The position numbers were made by a program, and so were the translations under genes. DNA of 63,145 nucleotides, the filler included, from Octopus bimaculoides (lineage: Eukaryota): the NCBI RefSeq assembly GCF_001194135.2. It is 4 parts of 3 records of this genome, joined end to end, with 100 filler letters (N's around TTAATTAATTAA, not from the genome) between each part and the next. Parts side by side here need not be neighbours in the genome. Positions count along the whole stretch, not along the records: positions 18,598 to 44,150 come from NC_068984.1; 3 more parts are not named here. One strand, 5' to 3'. Below are positions 26,451 to 39,288 of the stretch, in pieces (position 1 is the stretch's first letter; each line of letters begins with the position of its first letter). The notes under the pieces were generated by a model. That model did not search any database. It saw only the letters and a list, made by a program, of their open reading frames with translations, and had not been told where the DNA came from.

Positions 26451-27204
26451 AGTTGAAGATGTTGAAAGCCTTCATTCTTCAATGTTTTAAAATTTTTGCA
26501 AGAAATTCAAATCAATGAAAGTAAAATCTTTCCATAAACGGAAATCAAAATAAAAAAATCTGAGGTTTCAACCACTAAACAAAAACTGTATAGCCAATTG
26601 GGTTTAAAATACCAGGAAATACTTTTGCCCTGATCAATTTTTACTTCTTAACAAGACTACTTCAAGTTAGACCTATATCGAGAATTAAGTTTCATCTGAG
26701 ATGGAACTATTGTTTCACAAACAAACATACTAGCTTGCATTCAAGATTAACAATAATTCAATCACCAATGCACTTCAACCACTGGCTTAAAGACTCACTG
26801 TTTTCTCTTTTCCCCTCATCTATTGCAACTACAACGAATCCATTTAATTCATTTCGGTTACAGCATACACCCTCCATACTAGCCGATCAGTTTCGTCCCT
26901 TTCATCATCTTCACTGAGTCTCATTTCTCATATCCTGCACAAAATATTTATTCAGTCATTTCCCATCAGAACTTCAATTCTCCCCGCTGTGCCTTTCGTT
27001 CTAACATTAACTTACAAAGATTCAAGCCGAACTCTGACTTCATAAATATCCTCAGTGCGGAAGTGCCTGTCAGTAAAGTTCATGAACTCATTAAGGAGAA
27101 ACAAATATGAGCCCTGTATTTAGCGGTACTCGTTAAGGTTTTCATTAAAACAATATATATCTATACTATAATAAAGAAAGCTACTTATTAATTAGTTTGG
27201 AGTA

Positions 27205-27395
27205 TGTCATCATCATCTGGTCGAGTTTGCTTGGAAATTCTTAGCCCGCACAAGCCACCCATCTCGGTTCTGCGCAGGTTGAGGGAGGTTTTCGGGGGGA
27301 AGGCATCCAATGTCTCTGGTGAGTTGACCTACATACGTTGTGTTCGGACAACCTGCTCGAGTACGGCCATGCTTTGGCATCCATAGCAGTAGGTC
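27205..27395 (-). mobile_element. 3' end of RTE-type LINE with (TGA)n tail
   Basis: Minus strand reads LWMPKHGRTRAGCPNTTYVGQLTRDIGC..NRDGW..QANSTR**, matching LWEP.HG.R..GRP..TY.DQL.RD.G. Confidence 0.7.
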
Positions 27396-27396
27396 A

Positions 27397-27460
27397 CTCG
27401 CCAGCTCTTGTTTAACACGCCAGCTCTTGTTTAACTCACCAGCTCTTGTTTAACTCGCCA
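27397..27460. repeat. 19-bp tandem repeat, about 3.4 copies (CTCGCCAGCTCTTGTTTAA)
   Basis: Units start at 27397, 27416 and 27435, with a partial unit at 27454. Confidence 0.85.
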
Positions 27461-27907
27461 CTACTGTCCTGCAAAGTGCAAGCACCTTTCCTTTATAATG
27501 GTGGAAACAAAAAGGAGATCTCCATACTGCTGTTTTTTGGTGGGATTAGTTCTCTAACACATGTTTAAGGCTACTCTTAACATTCGGGTTTGTGTTCCAT
27601 CTAGCTTGGATTCCAGTGACTTTGGGCAAGCGTCCAAGTGGTTGCTTCTTATAAAAGAACCGAGTATGTAACTTGTATTAAAAGAAAGCAATTATCAAAG
27701 TCTTCACTGTCTCGTATTTTTAGAAAATGCAAAAGATCACAAGTGGACAGCATTAGTTTTCTATTCGAAACATTGAATGAGAAGCTAAAGAAACTGTTTT
27801 CAGCGACAATCAGAATCGTTGATTGAAATAAATTTATAATTTATTCATAGATATTATTTAAAACTAGTTAATACTGGTTTCAGAGTATTTATTTTGGTTG
27901 TAACATT

Positions 27908-28116
27908 TCTTTTATCTTTTATCTTTTATTTTTATTTGTTTCACTTATTAGATTTCAGTCATGCTGGGGCACCGCTTTGAAGAGATTTTAGCCAAACGAA
28001 TCGACCCGACTATTTTTTAAAAGCCTAGTACTTATTATATTGGTCTCTTTTACTGAAACGCTTTATTTACGGGGACATAAACAAACTAACATTGGTTGTC
28101 AAGCGGTGGTTGTGGA

Positions 28117-28193
<77 letters not shown>

Positions 28194-28340
28194 TGGGCTT
28201 CTTTCAGCTTCCGTCTACCAAATCCATTCACAATGCTTTGGTCGGTCCGAGGTTATAGTAGAAAACACTTTCCTGGGTGACACGCAGTGGGACTGAACCC
28301 AGAATCATGTGGTTGGGAAGCAAACTTCTTGCCACACATG
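27908..28340 (-). mobile_element. Full-length SINE family A, reverse orientation, with internal (CA)n
   Basis: Reverse complement aligns end to end with 18891-19305. The (CA)n at 28110-28190 occupies the internal microsatellite site. Confidence 0.85.
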
Positions 28341-29724
28341 ATAAACATACGAGTTTTGATGCATGACTGCAACTTCAATCATGTCTGAGAATGGAAATGA
28401 AACTCAAATGGAAAACAGTTTTTCTTCAAATTTCCGATCAATATAAAGAAAATAGAAAATTACTTACTTCAACTTTAGCTTTACGGAACCTATTTCTTTT
28501 TTATAGAGTAAATTTGAAAATTAGGATTTACATTTTTGAAACAAAATGCTTCTGTCTAGGAACTTGTATTTAGTTGAATTTTCACATTAGATATGAAAAT
28601 CTGTCTCACCTAAACTCTCTCAATTAAATCATCGATTAAAAAGAAATGCAAATATAAGTTCTACCAAGCATATTAATTTCAAATTGGTTGTCTAAAATTC
28701 TGTCTGTAAACAAATATAAATTCACTGAGTATGATTGGATATCTTCGAAGATATCAAATAAGGTGGATCGAAGGAAAAGGAATAGAATCTGTTTAGTCAA
28801 ACGAAAGAAATGAAGTAAATGATCTGTATATTTAAAAGATTATAATAGTTTCGTGAGAGCAGATCTGTGTGTCTGGTCAATGAACTTAGCAGTAGAAAGC
28901 GCTGGCTCTGACAACAGAACGTTAGTCATTAAATAACTTTTAACATTTATATTTTGCTTTCTCAGCTCATTCGTTGAAGCGGAATAACTTTCCATTAAAG
29001 ATCATGCAAAGGTCAAGAAATATACGCATTTACAAAATGGTATTATATATACACATACATACATACGTACATATATACATGCATACGTATGTACGTACGT
29101 ATTTACGTATATATGTATGCATGTATGATTTTTTCTTCGAGTTTTATTTAAGTTCTTGAAAGAGTTCAAACTGGTCGCTAACAAAGTGACAAGACTTCTT
29201 GAGTTAAAAAAAAGTTCTCGGTGTTTACAAATATGTGCTTGAGTTCATGTGTTGGTTGAGCTGAGGATGCACACACTTGGATGTATGCATCTATTCATCT
29301 GAAGAGTCTCTGATGGAGAATTTTTGGAATGTCTTACAAACCTTCACTGTGCGACTAAAAGTTTGGTTTTGGAGAAATCGCTTCAGTTTCTTTTGCTTTT
29401 CCCCCGTGAGTCTGAATATCTCTCGGTTTTTGTGCGAATTTGTTGTATGTATGTATGTATGTATGTATTTATGTATGTATGTATGTATGTATGTATGTAT
29501 GTATGTATGTATGTATGTATGTATTTATGAATGTATGTATGCGGAAATTTAAAATTTCAAGTCACTGTCCAGTGCACAGTAAGACTATTGGGAGTAAGGC
29601 AGCCTCTAACTTTCGTTAAAGCATAAATCTTGGAGAAGGTTCGAAGTCAATAAATGGTGAATAGAAAATTCTCGTTGGTCGATCGTAGGGAAGTCTTCTA
29701 TTGCTTTCATGTTATTTGTATATG

Positions 29725-29805
<81 letters not shown>

Positions 29806-30007
29806 CTCTCTCTCTCACTCTCTCTCTCTCACACACACACACACAGGCACATGCACGCGCGCATTCACACAGCCCGATGGGTCTCCGCATAATCTCTGTT
29901 TATCAAAATTCACGCAGAAGACTTTGACTGGCCTAAAACTATTAATAAGCCCAGTACTAGGGAACCACATTGTTGCGATGCGACTTCCTTAATCACGCAA
30001 CCATATT

Positions 30008-30600
30008 TCGCGCGTGGCTTAGTGGTTAGGGGTGCTGTACTCACAATCTCAAGATTGTGGGTTCGATTCCAGAACCGGGTAATGCGTTGTTTTCTCGATC
30101 AAAACGCTTCGTTTCACGTTGCTCCAATTCTATCAGCTGTAAATGATTTCCAGCAATAGCTGGGAAGTTAACCCCGAAACACACACGGTAACTGATGTCC
30201 TCTCAGTCGCTTAAATGCCATAGTAACCGGGTTAAGCTCCGGCCTAGTGTGTCTTAGTGTTCATGAGTGAAGGCGCGTGGTTTAGTGGTTAAGATATTCG
30301 GTTCATGATCGTAATGTCATGAGTTCAATTCCCGGCGACGCGTTGTGTCCTTGAGTAAGACACTTTATTTCACGTTGCTCCAGTCCACTCAGCTGACAAA
30401 AATGAGTAGTGCCTGTAATTCAAAGGGTCAGACTTGTCACATTCTGTGTCAAGCAGAATCATCCACAGAACTACGCTAAGAAAGGTACGCGTGTCTGTGG
30501 AGTGCTCAGCCACTTGCACGTCAATTTCACGAGCAGGCTGTTCCATTGATCGGATCAACTGGAATACTCGTTGCCGTAACCGACGGGATGCCAGTTACAT
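30008..30600 (+). mobile_element. Two SINE family C copies (head fragment 30008-30150; full copy 30272-30600)
   Basis: tRNA-like head ggcgcgtggtttagtggttaag..gagttcaattcccggc, core gcgttgtgtccttgagtaagacactttatttcacgttgctccagtccactcagctg, and 3' tail. Confidence 0.82.
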
Positions 30601-31379
30601 GACGCATATAATTGATGATTACAAAACGTAAATGCTATAGTTTCGTATAATTTACTCGTTGATTTTCGTCAGGAAATGTATTTTGTTTTCATACGATAGA
30701 CAATTTTTTTCCCGCTGGAGTTAAATACAGAGCCCAGTTGAACGCTGCCTAGGACACCAAATTGTGAATAACTGAAATATCTACGAAAATGAAGGTCAAT
30801 ACTTTAAATGATGTAATAAGAGATTGCCAAATATCAGCGACTAAACAATTTGGCTGTCGCTAAATATCAAGAGGTATTGACATTTAGACGAAACACTGCA
30901 ATCCGCTGTAATCATTTCGTGACAAAACGACTGAAAGCCGACTTAAAATGTAACCCTTGATGTCATAACTTTCACTGAAGGGTCATCAATATTAACCAAT
31001 AAGAGCGATAATAGTAGCTGTTTAAGAGATTATTGCAATTCTTTCGAATAGCCGCACTGACGTTCAACAGGAGTAATTTCTTATTGATGTGTCTAGAAAC
31101 TTAGATTCTTTTATAGATTTTGTTGTGAACTTTTTGATGGTATTAAGGATGGTGGTATTAAAAAGTGTAAAACTTTTATTGAAATGGCTTCTTTTTTTTT
31201 TCAATTGGAATAGAGAAGAATACGATAGCTAAAATTTTGCGAATGATTTTTCATTTGACTATTTCCTTTGAGTCTTTCATTTGACTCTTGCAATTGTTGT
31301 TCAGTTGGCAGCTCATATTCTTCAGAAACTCTATTTTTACTCTTTGAGGTATCACTGTAGTTAATCAAATTTATGGTTA

Positions 31380-31767
31380 GGAATTTGTTGTTGTTGGCAC
31401 TCCGTCGCTTACGACGTTGAGGGTTCCAGTTGATCCGATCAACGGAACAGCCTGCTCGTGAAATTAACGTGCAAGTGGCTGAGCACTCCACAAACACGTG
31501 TACCCTTAACGTAGTTCTCAGAGATATTCAGCGTGACACAGTGTGACAAGGCTGGCCCTTTGAAATACAGGTACAACAGAAACAAAGAGTGAGAGAAAGT
31601 TGTGGTGGAAGAGTACAGCAGGGTTCGCCACCATCCCCTGCTGGAGCCTCGTGGAGCTTTAGGTGTTTTCGCTCAATAAACACTCACAACGCCCGGTCTG
31701 GGAATAGAAACCGCGATCCTATGACCGCGAGTCCGCTGCCCTAACTACTGGGCCATTGCGCCTCCAC
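31380..31767 (-). mobile_element. SINE family C copy, reverse orientation
   Basis: 31395-31570 is the reverse complement of 30410-30600 at high identity. The tRNA-like head lies at 31660-31767. Confidence 0.85.
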
Positions 31768-32919
31768 NNNNNNNNNNNNNNNNNNNNNNNNNNNNNNNNN
31801 NNNNNNNNNNNNNNNNNNNNNNNNNNNNNNNNNNNNNNNNNNNNNNNNNNNNNNNNNNNNNNNNNNNNNNNNNNNNNNNNNNNNNNNNNNNNNNNNNNNN
31901 NNNNNNNNNNNNNNNNNNNNNNNNNNNNNNNNNNNNNNNNNNNNNNNNNNNNNNNNNNNNNNNNNNNNNNNNNNNNNNNNNNNNNNNNNNNNNNNNNNNN
32001 NNNNNNNNNNNNNNNNNNNNNNNNNNNNNNNNNNNNNNNNNNNNNNNNNNNNNNNNNNNNNNNNNNNNNNNNNNNNNNNNNNNNNNNNNNNNNNNNNNNN
32101 NNNNNNNNNNNNNNNNNNNNNNNNNNNNNNNNNNNNNNNNNNNNNNNNNNNNNNNNNNNNNNNNNACTCCTGAGTAATGAAAAGCGAAGTTTACTCCGGG
32201 AAACCCTAAGACAAAGAACCAGAGAACTACTACAAGCCATTTTGTCTGACGTTCTGGGCTAATTCACACACCCCACACGCCAAAACAAGCGATACTAGTA
32301 AAACACCTTGTAGTTGATATTTTTCATATTAGGATAATAACATATAACTTTTATGTAAGTCATCGCAATACTAGATATTAATTTTTGTTCCTAGACCTCA
32401 ATGTTAGTCTTGTAATTGCAACTAAAAAGTTATTTTTTAAAAATATGGCATGATCTGCAATATTTCTTGTTTCGTATTTGAAAACATTCCATATTTAAGG
32501 TTCCTTTGATATTTTCGCTTCGTAATTCTTTAATGTATTATAAGGATAAGACGTTTTTGCTGCTATTACATGACTTAAACATTTTGAATGCTTAGTTAAC
32601 CGCACCAGTACTGAAAAGATCAAGTTATCTTTTCCTTTAGAAACTCCTGAAACAAACAAAAACAAAACTGTCGCTCCCACAAAAATGAATTTGCAGCAGG
32701 TTGAACCCTGTTGTAACCCAGTTAGAAGGTTTCCTGAAGCACAAAACAAGATCTTTTAAACTGAGTGATGACATCATGAAAAAGGAAAGAAGAAAATAAC
32801 TAATCAAAGACATTTAACAGCTACATATAAATTTCACTAACTGATGTCAGCAAAAATAGTGACGAATCGGAAGTTGTTTATTACAAATCTGTTAAGCTTT
32901 GATTAAGCTAAACATTGCT

Positions 32920-32926
32920 TATAAAA
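32920..32926 (+). promoter_or_regulatory. Putative TATA box of the small membrane-protein gene
   Basis: TATAAAA lies about 30 nt upstream of a purine-rich candidate 5' UTR exon (about 32950-33038, donor GTTAAG at 33034 or GTTAGG at 33039). A pyrimidine-rich intron follows, ending in TAG directly before ATG 33329. Confidence 0.45.
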
Positions 32927-33328
32927 AGACGAGCAAAGAACAGATAGACAATCAGGCGGACACAGTCAGTCGGACATAGTCACGGTCACTGACAGAGGGA
33001 CAAAGAAGAAACAGAGGAAGGACGCAGTGATGCGTTAAGTTAGGCTAATGGCTATCCATCTTTCTTTCTTCCACTTCCTTCCTAAAGACAAGACGTGCTT
33101 TTACATTTTGTTACAGAAGCAGACTACAACACAAGTCTCATTTTCCGATTTTGCTTTCTTTTCTTGGAACCGTCTTGTTCCATTTTCAACTTTTAACAAT
33201 AAAACAGATAGTGATTTGAAAACGACCGGCCACTCTTATTTTTCTTTGGAGTCTCTTTCATGATCATTAAATTAATCTCAGTGTTGAAATCTCTAAAATA
33301 TTTTCTTTTCTATTTTGTTTAATTATAG

Positions 33329-33665
33329 ATGGCACTGTCTCCTTTTGACAAATCTAAGAAGTATGTCGACGTCGGCAATCCGGGATTTTATTCACCACCC
33401 ATACACAGTTTGAGTGTTCTTGATTGGCAGCCCAGTCGGACTTCTCCATACGACATGTGGCGTTGGAGACAACCTCCAGACGCCAGTCTAACGCGGGAAT
33501 CAGTCGGCCGCTTGTCACGTTCCTATTCATTTAATGAAGCTGCTAATGATTATGAAACAACCCACTTCCGGCTGAAAGTTTGCTGTACAGTGTTCTGGCT
33601 GTTCGTTTTCGTTCTCTGTGTGACCGCAGCTATCATAATCTCTATCCATTTCTACAGAACAACAG
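33329..33665 (+). CDS. Uncharacterised single-pass membrane protein, coding exon 1
   Basis: Acceptor ttttgtttaattatag|ATG, then 112 non-repetitive codons ending in a hydrophobic helix VCCTVFWLFVFVLCVTAAIIISIHF, then donor G|GTAAAC (phase 1). Confidence 0.78.
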
Positions 33666-34097
33666 GTAAACAGATCAGTGATACATTTCCACAGTATGAA
33701 TATGATGCTTTCTATTACACAAGGGGCATAGGGCAGTGTACTCACACAATACCACCAGTACCATCCATCCTTATACATACATACATACAAAGATACATAC
33801 ATACAAACATATACATACACACGCAGGCACGCACACGCACACACACACGTACACACATATATTCGGTCGTTTATCCTGTTAAAGACATAACGACAAATGA
33901 CCTTCAAATCACATCATACTGTTTTTACAAAAGTGGTAAAAAATATTCACATAGGATAATGTCCTATTCATGATGAGAATATCTTTGATCATTTCTTCTC
34001 AATGAGGGTTGATCTGGGACCAAAATATGATGATAACATCTAAATACCATTTTTTTCTGTACCTGTGTTTGAAAATCAATTCGTTTATTTCTTTCAG

Positions 34098-34127
34098 ATG
34101 TTGTAACAGACAGTCCAGAAAGCGACA
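34098..34127 (+). CDS. Uncharacterised membrane protein, 30-nt coding exon 2 ((D)VVTDSPESD)
   Basis: Acceptor tttatttctttcag, consensus donor A|GTAAGT, symmetric phase 1/1 compatible with exon 1. Confidence 0.68.
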
Positions 34128-34285
34128 GTAAGTAGAAATTTTCTATTGTTTCTCTTTCACATTGACTAAAAGCATTTGTCTGGCTTTATATAGTTTTACT
34201 TACTAATTGTAATATCTTTTTGTCTTTTTATCTTTAACTAAATATTTAATTTATTTTAGACGTTGAAGCACTCGTACTTCAGCCA

Positions 34286-34379
<94 letters not shown>

Positions 34380-34769
34380 ACGGTTGTCTAAGCTGTGTGA
34401 AATCGCAGTGAAATCTCAGATCACGTCTTATCATCTCAAATAAAGGACGCATTAAATAATTTAGTCCTTAATCCTATACACCCAAAACAAGACAGGGTGG
34501 TCACAACTGGAATGCTTTTGATCATAGATTTGCTCGATGAAGACTGACTTAGGAACAAACAAGAATACCGACATATCTAAAAAAAAAAAACAAACTAAAA
34601 TCATGCGATGATTTATTTCGGAGACATGGTAATTATCACTTAATCAAACTAGACACCAAAATACGGAATTAAAAAAGGATTTTAAGATTTATGTGTTGGA
34701 TGCAAGGAGCAGATTGCTATTTTGTTGTTAGATCAATAAAACAAAAAGTCTAGAATCTCAAAAGATATT

Positions 34770-35030
34770 AATCACCGAGTTGGTTGATCCACGGTACTCT
34801 GTGAGGAAGATAGGACTGGTTTCCCACTTTCGCTGGTGTGTATATTCCACTCTGGACGCTATGTCGGTCCGTTGAAGTATTACTCATTTTTACCGGCTGA
34901 GTGGGCTGGGGCATTGTGAAATGAAGTGTTTTGCTCAAGAACACAACGCAACACCGGGTCCAGGAATCGAAAGCACAGTCTTACGATCTTGAACCCAACA
35001 CCCTAACCACTAAACCATGCACCTCCACTT
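34770..35030 (-). mobile_element. SINE with family C head/core and a different 3' tail
   Basis: Reverse complement of ttactcatttttaccggctgagtgggctggggcattgtgaaatgaagtgttttgctcaagaacacaacgc..ccctaaccactaaaccatgc matches the family C head and core. The 34770-34880 tail is unrelated to the 30440-30600 tail. Confidence 0.7.
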
Positions 35031-35217
35031 AGGCTGAGTTACATGGATATACATGTGTGTATGTATGCATAGTCCACGAAGGCTGAAACTTCGAAGTCAC
35101 TGTCACACCAGTTCTTGTAAAACCATGATACACATATATTCTGCAAAAAATATTAATTTTTCGGTTTAATATAAAATTGTTCTTATTATTACTCGACATA
35201 AAACAAAACTTAACATC

Positions 35218-35290
<73 letters not shown>

Positions 35291-35719
35291 CACCTATTGT
35301 GAGGTAGAAACACGTGTCCGTAGCTGTCTTTTTTTTTGGTCTCCATACAATCAGACTTTTCCTTAATGACATATCAATGTCGGAGAATTCAATTTCCGAT
35401 ATCAGCCCGCCTTCTCATTTAGAATTGGCTGTAATTGCCTGAAGGTAAATTTTTCTCTCAAATGTTTTTTTCTCGAATTTCAATAAGTCAAAGAATTTAT
35501 GTTGTATCGTTTATTTACTTTTATTTGTTCTTATTGTTCATATTCATGCCACTGGCTGCTCTAAAGTTATTTCTGTTACACTATTATTGTTTTAATTATG
35601 TATGTATTTCACGGCCTGCAACATACTTTCTTTCTTTCTTCTTCTTCTTCTTCTTCTTCTTCTTCTGATAACTTTGTTTAGGCTTAGCAGCCCTTCCTGT
35701 TTGTTTTCACTGTCCTATC

Positions 35720-35757
<38 letters not shown>

Positions 35758-36381
35758 TTGTATTGAAAGAAATTGCTCTTTCTAGAGATGTCTTACATCC
35801 AAGCGTAAACCGGTTTCTCTCTATATCGATTAATTTATGGATGTTTCAATGTATGAGAACAGAATTTTAGTAATATAATATAAAGAAAATGGAAAGTTTG
35901 AACACAGCAAAATCAATTTATTTACAAAATAGTAAATTTCATAACGCCTATGCGCGTTTCAATATTTACCTTCATTCATGTTTTACAATTAAAAATTGCA
36001 TTATGAANNNNNNNNNNNNNNNNNNNNNNNNNNNNNNNNNNNNNNNNNNNNNNNNNNNNNNNNNNNNNNNNNNNNNNNNNNNNNNNNNNNNNNNNNNNNN
36101 NNNNNNNNNNNNNNNNNNNNNNNNNNNNNNNNNNNNNNNNNNNNNNNNNNNNNNNNNNNNNNNNNNNNNNNNNNNNNNNNNNNNNNNNNNNNNNNNNNNN
36201 NNNNNNNNNNNNNNNNNNNNNNNNNNNNNNNNNNNNNNNNNNNNNNNNNNNNNNNNNNNNNNNNNNNNNNNNNNNNNNNNNNNNNNNNNNNNNNNNNNNN
36301 NNNNNNNNNNNNNNNNNNNNNNNNNNNNNNNNNNNNNNNNNNNNNNNNNNNNNNNNNNNNNNNNNNNNNNNNNNNNNNNNN

Positions 36382-36434
<53 letters not shown>

Positions 36435-36680
36435 TAGATACACGCACACCACATGCACACATACATGTATATATATAAACAACTATAGGTGGTTTGTGGC
36501 ATGATTATAACTGAAGCCGGCAATTTCAATTAGGAAAAGTGACAGGCAGAGTTTTTGTTCTCTTTTACTTGTGACAACAATCTCGTTGTTATTTCCTTTC
36601 TGTAGTGAATATATTATAAGCAATATACTTAGTCGCAGCAAATTGGGAAGACAGCGAAAAGAAATAATTTAAGAACACTT

Positions 36681-37507
36681 GGATCTTTGGGGTTTGACGG
36701 GCAACATTTGTTTTCTTAACGAAACACTTTCAAACTTGGGACACTGGTAGAATGTGTCATATAAAACAACTTCTTCTCTTAACCTTCTTAACAAAAAATT
36801 GTACATCGCAAGTTATTTCATGTTAAAGTTGTCGTATTTCTGTAATTTCAACCAATCACTGACGTCTATTCAGCTGAATACAGTTACTGCTGTTCGGTGT
36901 CAAGTGTATTATTCCCTGTTTAATTATATCATTATTCCCTAGTAAGGGTTTAGGGTTTTAGGGTTAGGGTTCGGGTTTTAGGGTTAGGNNNNNNNNNNNN
37001 NNNNNNNNNNNNNNNNNNNNNNNNNNNNNNNNNNNNNNNNNNNNNNNNNNNNNNNNNNNNNNNNNNNNNNNNNNNNNNNNNNNNNNNNNNNNNNNNNNNN
37101 NNNNNNNNNNNNNNNNNNNNNNNNNNNNNNNNNNNNNNNNNNNNNNNNCTCTAAAACCCGAACCCTAACCCTAAAACCCTAAAGCTAAAACCAGTACAAA
37201 CGCACGAACGATGTCATAAATAAGAGTAACACGGGTAGTTGTTGTTGACAAACAACGGGACTAATTTTATTCAAGGGAAAAGATCCCATGACACCGTTAC
37301 GGCATTAATTGTTTTCACCTCAATAGACGTCAGTGATTGGTTGAAATTACCGAAATACGACAATTTTTTTTACATAAAATAACTTCGAATACAAAATTTT
37401 TTTATCTGTTCTATACCACAAAATATACAAATATTCGAAGTTTGAAAGTGTTTCGGTACCAAAAACACTACAAAAAAAAAATGTTGCCCGTCAAACCCCA
37501 AAGATCC
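36681..37507. mobile_element. Non-autonomous foldback DNA transposon (MITE) with long inverted arms and 8-bp TSD
   Basis: Perfect 29-bp TIR GGATCTTTGGGGTTTGACGGGCAACATTT at both ends. Homology of the arms continues about 250 bp inward. Direct repeat GAACACTT at 36673-36680 and 37508-37515. The centre is an N gap. Confidence 0.85.
36946..37195. repeat. Telomere-like TTAGGG/TTTTAGGG repeats and their complement, facing inward inside the foldback element
   Basis: agggtttagggttttagggttagggttcgggttttagggttagg, then N, then ctaaaacccgaaccctaaccctaaaacccta. Confidence 0.85.
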
Positions 37508-38334
37508 GAACACTTTAATATATTGGGGGAGAAATGGGATATTTATTCTGAATTATAGGATCATTATTTTACAGTTGGAGGCGGGTGGGGTGAAGACAAA
37601 AAAGACAGGAGNNNNNNNNNNTATTTATTCTGAATTATAGGATCATTATTTTACAGTTGGAGGCGGGTGGGGTGAAGACAAAAAAGACAGGAGGGAAAAA
37701 ATAGAATTAACGCGAAACTGCATGTATGTAGACAGGGAAACTTAGGTTTGACACATATATGATAAGGAATCAATTTGAATATTTCGAAAGCAGGAATCAA
37801 GGAAGTAACAATAAATAGTCATTTTTGATTAGAAGCTCAGCACGATTTTCAAAACTGTTCATTTATGTATTTGCACGCGAGTGTGTGAGTGAGATTTTAA
37901 AACTTCTTTCTGTTTTGACACTTGTGTCGAAAGGCGAGGTTATTGAAGTCAAACAGATTTGCATCGAAATAATTCAAACTATCGCTTGTATTGTAGTTCA
38001 CAAATGTGTTTAGTTTGCTTTTAGAAATAATATATAGAAATAACCTTTTAGAAATCATATGAAGAATAAATTGATTATAGAAAACATTATGAGACAGTGT
38101 CTTTGTTGGAGACATTAAATTGTATTGAATTAACAATAGAATAAGAGGTCAGATGATGTTCATATTACGTAATGTTATCACTCAGGGATATTGTGAACAG
38201 AAAGAGATAAAACAGGAGAGAAAGAATGAGTAGAAATATTAGAAATAGGAATCAAAGTGAAGGAATAACAGGAAGGAGGTAAAAAGAGAAGTAAGAGAAG
38301 AGGCTTTGAACAAGATTTAATCTTTGAATATCTA

Positions 38335-38363
38335 TCTTCTATATATATAAAAATGAGAATGTG

Positions 38364-38410
<47 letters not shown>

Positions 38411-38470
38411 GTGAATCCCTAAAACTACGCAACCAATTTCATTCAAATTTTACACATGCCTTACTTAAGG
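38335..38470 (+). mobile_element. Probable 5' end of a non-autonomous Helitron-type element with (GTCT)n
   Basis: A|TCTTCTATATATATAAAAATGAG followed by (GTCT)n and ccaatttcattcaaatttt is the usual layout of Helitron-N 5' ends. The 3' end was not seen. Confidence 0.45.
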
Positions 38471-39288
38471 TTCCAGTTGTGTTTTAGTCAAAGTACACGT
38501 ATATGTATATATATATATATAGATGTACATGTAATATGTACACATATATACATATATACATGCATACAGATATCTATACATATATACACCCGTCACACAC
38601 ACATACACATGCACACAAACACACACATTAGTCATTTGTTTTCTTATCCAAAATTACGTCAAAAGTACTGAATGGATCTTTATGAAATTTGGAAATTATA
38701 TTCTTTGCATAACGGCCATAACTCCCATGAAAATTCATATATTTTTGATGNNNNNNNNNNNNNNNNNNNNNNNNNNNNNNNNNNNNNNNNNNNNNNNNNN
38801 NNNNNNNNNNNNNNNNNNNNNNNNNNNNNNNNNNNNNNNNNNNNNNNNNNNNNNNNNNNNNNNNNNNNNNNNNNNNNNNNNNNNNNNNNNNNNNNNNNNN
38901 NNNNNNNNNNNNNNNNNNNNNNNNNNNNNNNNNNNNNNNNNNNNNNNNNNNNNNNNNNNNNNNNNNNNNNNNNNNNNNNNNNNNNNNNNNNNNNNNNNNN
39001 NNNNNNNNNNNNNAAACACTGTCTGTAGCTGGTCTTCTCTTGGAAGAGCCCTGCTTCTCACATGGACAACTGTATGTTGGCTGCTCAAGAGTGGGCAGCA
39101 ACAAAAAACCTATTTGTATATGCTCCACAAGGGAAAACAAGGAACATAGTTTACAATGAGGCGTTATAATCACAACAGCAAGAAAGTATGTACATGATCA
39201 CCTTCTTTTACGAAACTTCATTGACTTTCATATATTTATATTGATATACATATATATACGTGTGTTTGGGTACGTGTGTGTATATACA

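Noticed and set aside
34260-34290. Extra acceptor (ttattttag|ACGTTG) after exon 2 of the membrane gene
   Set aside because: No phase-1 donor follows and the frame runs into (TG)n. It could only be an alternative terminal exon, which is unsupported.
36946-37195. Telomere-telomere fusion site
   Set aside because: The inverted telomeric repeats lie inside an element with perfect TIRs and an 8-bp TSD, so a transposon explains them better.
37542-37691. 70-bp direct duplication around a 10-N gap
   Set aside because: The copies are identical and abut a minimal gap, typical of an unmerged contig overlap.
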